Shown one piece after another: positions 57,501 to 64,000 of a stretch of DNA of 64,000 bases. The position numbers and the translations under genes were made by a program. The stretch spans positions 1 through 64,000 of the forward strand of contig JAANOX010000261.1 of NCBI GenBank assembly GCA_020184695.1, given 5' to 3'. The notes under the pieces were generated by a model, which saw only the letters and a program-made list of their open reading frames with translations, searched no databases and had not been told where the DNA came from. How positions within the stretch are numbered: position 1 is the stretch's first letter; every line of letters begins with the position of its first letter. The DNA comes from Histomonas meleagridis 2922-C6/04-290x (Eukaryota; Protista; Parabasalia).

Positions 57501-58904
57501 TATACTATACCTGAGTTATTAATTAATATTAATAATTTGGAATTTGATACTTCAATTAATAATGGTAATGTAATATTACCTGATTGGAGTAATAATAATC
57601 CATTTTACTTTGTTGAAATGAATTATAAATATTTAAATGAAGCTCAAAACTTAAACGAATGGATCGATTTAATATTCGGATATAAACAAAATGGAGAAAA
57701 TGCAATAAAATATAAAAATTTGTTTTTGCCGTCTTCTTATCATAATTGTACTAAAGAAGATATCGGAATGAATGAAGAAGCATTTAAGTCACAAGTTATA
57801 AACTTCGGCCAATGTCCAATCCAATTATTTAATAAAGAACATCCGAAGAAGTTTAACATCTGTTATATCCAATTAAATGAATTTGAGAAATTTATGGAAT
57901 CGAAAAAAGTTAACATTAATAATATACAAAACATTAAATATTCATTTAATATTGTGTTATTTAATAATGAAATTTATTCGATACAAAAGCCTTCGATAAT
58001 ACTTAAAGAATTAAGTTATTATATGTATGTTAATAATGAACTTGACTCAATAATATGTTCCGAAATTTCAACCGGAAAAATAATTTTTATGAAATATATA
58101 AATAATTGTTATTACATTACGAATTTATCAATAAGTGAAAATAATTTTTTGGTTTCGATTACTTATTCATATGGTAACATCGAAATATATCAAATTGTTT
58201 ATGATCATGGAGTTCCTTATAATATATATTATTTAAGTTCGTTAACATTATTAAAAAATTGTTCGATTTCAACATTGTTATCAACAGATTATATATGCGC
58301 AACTTCATTTAACGACGAAATAATTTTATGGAATTTCGCTACACAACTTCAACATCGAAATATACAAATGAACGAAACATTAATTACAATGTTTTTTGAT
58401 GAGTTAAACGCAAATTTAACAATTGTTTTAAAGCATAAAATTTTGCAATATAATATTAACGGTTATTTATTACATGAAATTATTATAAATAATGAAATTA
58501 CAACTGCGGAGTTGTTGGAAATGAAACCTTCGTTCGACGGAAGATTAATTGTTGTCGGACATATTAATGGATTCGTTTCCGTTTTGGCAGTGGATCAAAA
58601 AGATTATAAACTCAAAATTATCGTAGAAAAACAAATTCATAATTTCGCTATTTCCCAAATTTTCGTCGATTTGATCAAAATGAAAATTGTTACGTTGGAT
58701 GAGAAAAATGTTTGCTACTTGACTTCATTTAAAATTCATGAAGGAATGGAAATACAGAAATGCGAATTTTGCGATAATTTATCAACAGGTGAATGCAGAC
58801 AATGCCAAAGACCAATTTGCGATAAATGTAAATTCGGTGATACTGAGTTATGTCCAAACTGTGTGAATGAATTGGAAAATCAAGACTTTTCGAACTTTTT
58901 GTAA
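51552..58904 (+). CDS. BEACH-domain protein (PH-BEACH, WD40-like, C-terminal Cys-rich finger)
   Basis: [59 protein letters not shown] and [9 protein letters not shown]. C-terminal CxxC clusters. Confidence 0.95.
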   Translation: [2450 protein letters not shown]

Positions 58905-59051
58905 ATGTTTTTTATATCGAATTTTTGTATGTTTTACATAAAAATTGAATTGTTTACATTCAAACGGTCGTTTTTTGCAAATATTTTTTTTCTTGCAAAA
59001 AGAGTTACAAAATTAAAATGATAATAGGATTTTGTTTACGTACTAGAAATT

Positions 59052-59561
59052 TTAGTCCAAATATTCGTCACGATCTGCTTTCAGTGTATTCTCTGATGAA
59101 ATAATCTCATCGAAAGTGATTTTCCCATCACCATTTTCATCATAAAATTCATATTCTTCGTCAAAGTCCTTTGATGAACGATGGTGAACATTTGCCATCT
59201 TTGTAAACTTCAAAAACTCAGATTTAGTGAGGTATCCTTTATGTCCTACATCGCATTCATCAAAAAGAAGCATAGCAAATGTTGTTATATTTCCTAACTC
59301 ACGATTATACAATGAAACAAATAACATCCAAAATTCATCAAAAGTAATCTTATGATTTTTGTCAACATCAACAGCATCAAAAAGAAGCATTGCAGTATTT
59401 TCATCTCCGTAACCCATTTGTACATAAAAATCACAAAATTCTTTTTGGTTCAAAAACCCATTGTTATTTTTATCACTTTTATTGAACGCTGTTTGTGCCA
59501 ATGAAAAGACTTGATCTGCATTAAGTTCAGGCCCTTCAACATTTTTTTTCAAATAAAGCAT
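59052..59561 (-). CDS. Calmodulin-like four-EF-hand protein
   Basis: DKNNNGFLNQKEF, DVDKNHKITFDEF, DVGHKGYLTKSEF and DENGDGKITFDE. Confidence 0.9.
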   Translation of the reverse strand: MLYLKKNVEGPELNADQVFSLAQTAFNKSDKNNNGFLNQKEFCDFYVQMGYGDENTAMLLFDAVDVDKNHKITFDEFWMLFVSLYNRELGNITTFAMLLFDECDVGHKGYLTKSEFLKFTKMANVHHRSSKDFDEEYEFYDENGDGKITFDEIISSENTLKADRDEYLD

Positions 59562-60148
59562 CGTTCTGGTAAGTGAACCATAAAACGTTCAACCTAATTT
59601 TCAACAGTTTACATATCAATTCCCATTCAAATAAAAACTGTTTTGTATTCAATTATCTGCGGTGATTAAAATGTTCTGACAGACATAGTTTGTATGACCA
59701 TTCATTTTTCAATATGATCGTCGATGATTTCTGGGGTGCACCCCATTTAAGTCATGCGGTTGAGGTTATTTTAAAATGAGAATGTTTGTTCGAATACAGC
59801 TAGTAAATTATTCTAAATTGAGTTTCTGTTCTGACTTAACCCACCATCATGATGTTTTTGCATAAATTATTGTTCTTTATATATATGAATCATTGAGTTT
59901 GGGTGTCTTGGAAATCTTCACTTTACTGAGTTAAATTTCATTTTTCACATACTTAAAGAAAATTAGATACTTATGAGAATTAAATACATATTAAATACTT
60001 TTAAATCACTCATTAACAAGTCATGCTGAAGAGAGGAATCCATTATACAACTGATGTTTTTACCACATATCAAGAAAATTATAATTTTGTCTTCTTTCAA
60101 AATAAAATAAAAATTTATTATATTTATATTCTTTATTATCACACAAAA

Positions 60149-61177
60149 CTACTCAATAATCCGCCTATAAAACAAAACGTACGGACACGAAGACATCACC
60201 GCGTCATCGTTTAGCCGATACACTGTTGTATCGTCTGCCTTAAACCATTCACCGCTTGCATCTTTCACATATGCAACGAAATGGCCGTGGCTGATTAGCC
60301 TTCCGTCATGAAGAATCATCGCGTAGAGTTCATAATGCAGATCGCCATTTATTGTTAGTTCTTTTTGGAAGCTGAAAAAGTCTTCAATCTTCTTACACGA
60401 GCTATCAAAGCGAAGCTGCGTAATAATTAAAATTAAAGGAAAATTTTCAAAATTGGTCGTTTTTGATATATTAACAATTCGATGACAATGTTCACATTCA
60501 CAACATATGGTCGATGGCTCCGATGAAGCAATCGATTGAAGAGCTGTGGAAAGATCTGGATATTCACTTATCGGAATTTGAATATCATGAAATTTTGTAG
60601 AACGAATAATTTTGTTGCCACAATCATGGCAAACAATCTCTGTCTTTAATTCGCCTGAAAAAAAGTGTGAAATAATACTGTTTTCATGAGGATCTTGTAA
60701 TGAATTTGAACACTCATTTTCAAAAACATCAATCATCCATAGAAGATATTCATGAGCATCTTGTTGAATTGGTTTTTTGAAAGTTTCACTAAGGAGACCT
60801 GAATCGGTTAAAAACCAAGTTGGTGATATTGATCTATTCTCAGAAAGTTGAGTATAAATTCGAGCAAAAGAATCAAGAAAAAAAGCGGATGTACTGTTGT
60901 TTTGATATATTACATTTGGCATTGATAAACAAAATTGAGGGAATCCTGGTGTATAAGCAAGACATTGAATAACTACGTTTATGTAACAATTATAACCAAC
61001 ATTAATAAGTCCTCCCAATTGATGAGGCGGTCCTCCTTGTGAGTAATAAAAGAGGGTTTTTTCAAATGTGAAATAATTTTTTGGAAGTTTCTGACGAAAA
61101 GTAAATATAGTGCCGGACTTTGAAGGGTCATCAGTAATGTTGATTTGGAAAGGTTCATAAATTTCGCATTCTGCCAT
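60149..61177 (-). CDS. Ubiquitin-specific protease (C19/USP)
   Basis: Cys box GLINVGYNCYINVVIQCL, QQDAHEYL, His box HDGRLISHGHFVAYVK and WFKADD. Confidence 0.95.
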   Translation of the reverse strand: MAECEIYEPFQINITDDPSKSGTIFTFRQKLPKNYFTFEKTLFYYSQGGPPHQLGGLINVGYNCYINVVIQCLAYTPGFPQFCLSMPNVIYQNNSTSAFFLDSFARIYTQLSENRSISPTWFLTDSGLLSETFKKPIQQDAHEYLLWMIDVFENECSNSLQDPHENSIISHFFSGELKTEIVCHDCGNKIIRSTKFHDIQIPISEYPDLSTALQSIASSEPSTICCECEHCHRIVNISKTTNFENFPLILIITQLRFDSSCKKIEDFFSFQKELTINGDLHYELYAMILHDGRLISHGHFVAYVKDASGEWFKADDTTVYRLNDDAVMSSCPYVLFYRRIIE

Positions 61178-61439
61178 TTTAGCAATCTTTTACAAGGCAA
61201 TTTTATTCGGCCAAGAAATAACCTCCAAAACATATTGAAAAACAGAGTTTAATCATTCAAATGTTCATTACAATAACGGTAAAATTGTGTTGAAATCAAC
61301 CGCTGGACACGTTTTGACGGAACGCTAAAATGTAAACGAACATGAATGTTAGGGTGCCCCAAAAACTACGGATTTTCTTCTTGAGAAGGAACCGTTAAAA
61401 AAATTCGAAAAAAATTGCTTCAACAAGAATTTTTTTTAA

Positions 61440-64000
61440 ATGAAGATAGATCCATTAATTCTTGAAGCAATTTCTAATATTATCAAACAAGCGAAACAAA
61501 AAATCATCGAAAATGGAAGATTATGTAGTTTGAATCGTAATAATTTTAATACTTTTTCATTGAATTTATGGCTAGAAACACCTTTCCAAAAATGGATTCG
61601 AGATATACAATGTATTTCTTCCGTTAAAGACAATACAGGATTAAAAGTTTTAGTAACAAATATTGTAGATATTTTAAATAAGTTCAATCCAGAGAATTTA
61701 GAAGAAATTATTCTTTTCCAGTTTCTTTGTAGAGTTGTTTCTTCCATTTCAATAAAATCACAAAAAAACAAAATCTCTGATGATTTTAGTCAAATTATTG
61801 ATAAAGCTTTTTCGCCGATTAATAATCCACTTATCTCAGAGTATTTTCAAGAATTAATTCTTGGTTTAACAAGATCTGGTGAAAATTATATGCCAAAGTT
61901 AATTATTGAATCTTTACAATCAAATCGTCCATTTAATGTTAAAAGTTTTTTCAATATAATCAAATCTACAGTTTCTAATACATCTACTTTTCGTTGTTTT
62001 GTAGGAGGAATATATCATATTTTTCGACATACAACAACTGATCAAAAGCTTTTTATACAAGAGCTTCAAAGCTTTTTATCAGTATTTTTTATGCGTCATC
62101 CGAAGATCTTTTTAAAATCATTAGATTTTCCCAATTCCAAATTTATGCAATTATTATTTGATTTTATTTATAAACTCCAAAATCCAAAAGAACTTGAAGA
62201 CATTCAAATTCTTTGTATTTTGTTACCATATTGTAATTTTTTACCTATGGCAGAAGATTCAGAAAAAGTAATTTTCGATTACATCAAAAATTTTAATGAC
62301 AAAAAAAGAAAAAACAAAGAGCCAGCAATACGTGGCTATTTAGAACTATTACAAACAATACAAATATGTCCAAAACGATTTTCACATATTAATTCATTGA
62401 TTAAAGCAGTTAAATCTGAAATTGATGAATATTTTGTTAATAATCTTTTTAAGAAACAATATCGATCGATTGTACCAAAATATATTTCATTATCCATAAG
62501 TAATAATAAAACACAAGAATTAAATTCATCATTATTGTCACTATTTAATGATGATATACAAAACCAAATTTTCTTTTGTGAATCCATAAATTATTTAATC
62601 CAAAATTATCCTAAAGACAATTTAATTAATTTTGATATAATCAACATACTTTTCGATAAAGTTATGAAAAACTTGAACCTAATTGTAAAGAACCCAAAAG
62701 AAATCGATAGTTCAATCATTGAATTTTTAAGGTTATTTTGTAATACTGTAATAGGTAATTTTAAACTAGATAAAAAAATAGATTTTTTAAAAATAATTGC
62801 AAAAGAAGTATCAAGTGTAATAAAACTCTTTTCAATTGTAAGTTTATTAATACGAACTTCAATTTATATAAATGATCCTGAAACACAAAATATTTTTTTA
62901 AGTTTTTCTGATGAAATTTTTAAATGTCAATCAATTTGGATGGCGACATTAACATCAATTAATTTAAAACATTTACAGCCAATTCTTTTTATGATACGAA
63001 AATCATTTTCGAAAGTATTTAAAGCAAATGCTTTTAATAGTGGATTTTTCATATGGAATTTAGAGAATGTATTTTATCATTATTTAAAATTTATAAAAGA
63101 AATTATTGTAGTGATTACAGATTCGGCTGAAACTAGTCAAGAATTCATTAATAAAATTACTATAATATATATAAAAATGAAAGTAATAACAAATCATCCA
63201 CAAGTAAACAAATGTGGAAAAATATTACAAAATATTATTAAGTTTTGGAACTTACAGCCAAAAATTCAATGGGAAAACATTGATATTGTTGATGAATCAA
63301 TTATTAAAGGATCAATATCATTCTTGTTTAAATGTTGGGTTAATTTGTTATGTAAAACTTCTGGTGAACCATTAAATATAATAAATGTTCCATTAATCGA
63401 AACATTAGAAGTTCCACTTGAGCCTATATTAATACATATAACAAGATTTTTATGTATGTTTTGTGATAATTTTAATACAGATCCAGAAGGCTCTAATTTA
63501 TATCAAATCTTTTCTGATTTTTCTATTTCTTATATACTATCTAAACCGAAATATATTGAGGAATTTATTAATGAGTTTCAAAATATCCCTGTGATAGCTG
63601 TTGTGCCTTTTTTATCAATAGTATATGAAAAAATTAATAAAATCGATATATCGAAAGAAAAACATTTAATTTTATTACTAATAAAATTAGCATCACATGA
63701 AAATTTAAAAATTTCAGGATTTAATTATTTTGAAGAAAGTTTATTATTAATGGTACAAAAGTTAGCATTTAATGAAAATATTTTTTTGGAAAATGAATAT
63801 ATTTTATTAGTATTAAAGTTTATTCATGTTTTATATTCTGGCAAAACTATATGTAAAGTGTTTAATCGAATTATAATACTTTCGACTATATTAGAACTTT
63901 CTTTTGTAGCACATAAATCACATGATATTATATTTTTTGATTTCATTAAAATATTACCATCAATTTTTAATGAGTTTAAATATACTTTTAAAACTATTTC
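61440..64000 (+). CDS. Large hypothetical helical (HEAT/ARM-like) protein, running off the window
   Basis: From ATG 61440 (MKIDPLILEAISNII) I read the frame open to the window end, about 853 codons. It is missing from the track because there is no stop in the window. Divergent from the USP across 262 bp. Confidence 0.85.
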   Translation, partial: MKIDPLILEAISNIIKQAKQKIIENGRLCSLNRNNFNTFSLNLWLETPFQKWIRDIQCISSVKDNTGLKVLVTNIVDILNKFNPENLEEIILFQFLCRVVSSISIKSQKNKISDDFSQIIDKAFSPINNPLISEYFQELILGLTRSGENYMPKLIIESLQSNRPFNVKSFFNIIKSTVSNTSTFRCFVGGIYHIFRHTTTDQKLFIQELQSFLSVFFMRHPKIFLKSLDFPNSKFMQLLFDFIYKLQNPKELEDIQILCILLPYCNFLPMAEDSEKVIFDYIKNFNDKKRKNKEPAIRGYLELLQTIQICPKRFSHINSLIKAVKSEIDEYFVNNLFKKQYRSIVPKYISLSISNNKTQELNSSLLSLFNDDIQNQIFFCESINYLIQNYPKDNLINFDIINILFDKVMKNLNLIVKNPKEIDSSIIEFLRLFCNTVIGNFKLDKKIDFLKIIAKEVSSVIKLFSIVSLLIRTSIYINDPETQNIFLSFSDEIFKCQSIWMATLTSINLKHLQPILFMIRKSFSKVFKANAFNSGFFIWNLENVFYHYLKFIKEIIVVITDSAETSQEFINKITIIYIKMKVITNHPQVNKCGKILQNIIKFWNLQPKIQWENIDIVDESIIKGSISFLFKCWVNLLCKTSGEPLNIINVPLIETLEVPLEPILIHITRFLCMFCDNFNTDPEGSNLYQIFSDFSISYILSKPKYIEEFINEFQNIPVIAVVPFLSIVYEKINKIDISKEKHLILLLIKLASHENLKISGFNYFEESLLLMVQKLAFNENIFLENEYILLVLKFIHVLYSGKTICKVFNRIIILSTILELSFVAHKSHDIIFFDFIKILPSIFNEFKYTFKTI

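Overview
Very AT-rich eukaryotic DNA that looks like a parabasalid (trichomonad-type) genome. This is inferred from the gene set (BspA-like LRR surface protein, DUF3447-type ankyrin gene, trichomonad-style Maverick genes) and from long genes with no apparent introns; the species cannot be determined here. The window has two halves. Positions ~1-38 kb are nested, mostly decayed DNA transposons: IS481-like, two pogo/DDE_1, Tc1/IS630, Merlin/ISXO2, PIF/ISL2EU, MULE-like fragments, a lone tyrosine recombinase, TA-flanked non-autonomous elements (one carrying a USP fragment), and two Maverick/Polinton-type endogenous virus relics. The larger relic (~25.4-37.9 kb) encodes a tail-fibre-like protein, a broken integrase, a 1699-aa repeat-fused but truncated protein-primed PolB, a major capsid protein and two small amphipathic proteins. 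Positions ~38-64 kb are compact host genes: an ankyrin gene, ATM/Tel1-like kinase, BspA-like protein, BEACH protein, EF-hand protein, USP, and a long ORF running off the window. The most unusual signal is the ankyrin array at 38.2-39.2 kb. Six TAx motifs sit exactly 170 nt apart, each preceded by an 80-nt spacer whose length is kept although its sequence diverges. Removing 68 nt per unit would restore 34-aa repeats, but there is no shared GT-AG, which suggests non-canonical introns. All alignments and counts were done by eye; no database searches were run.
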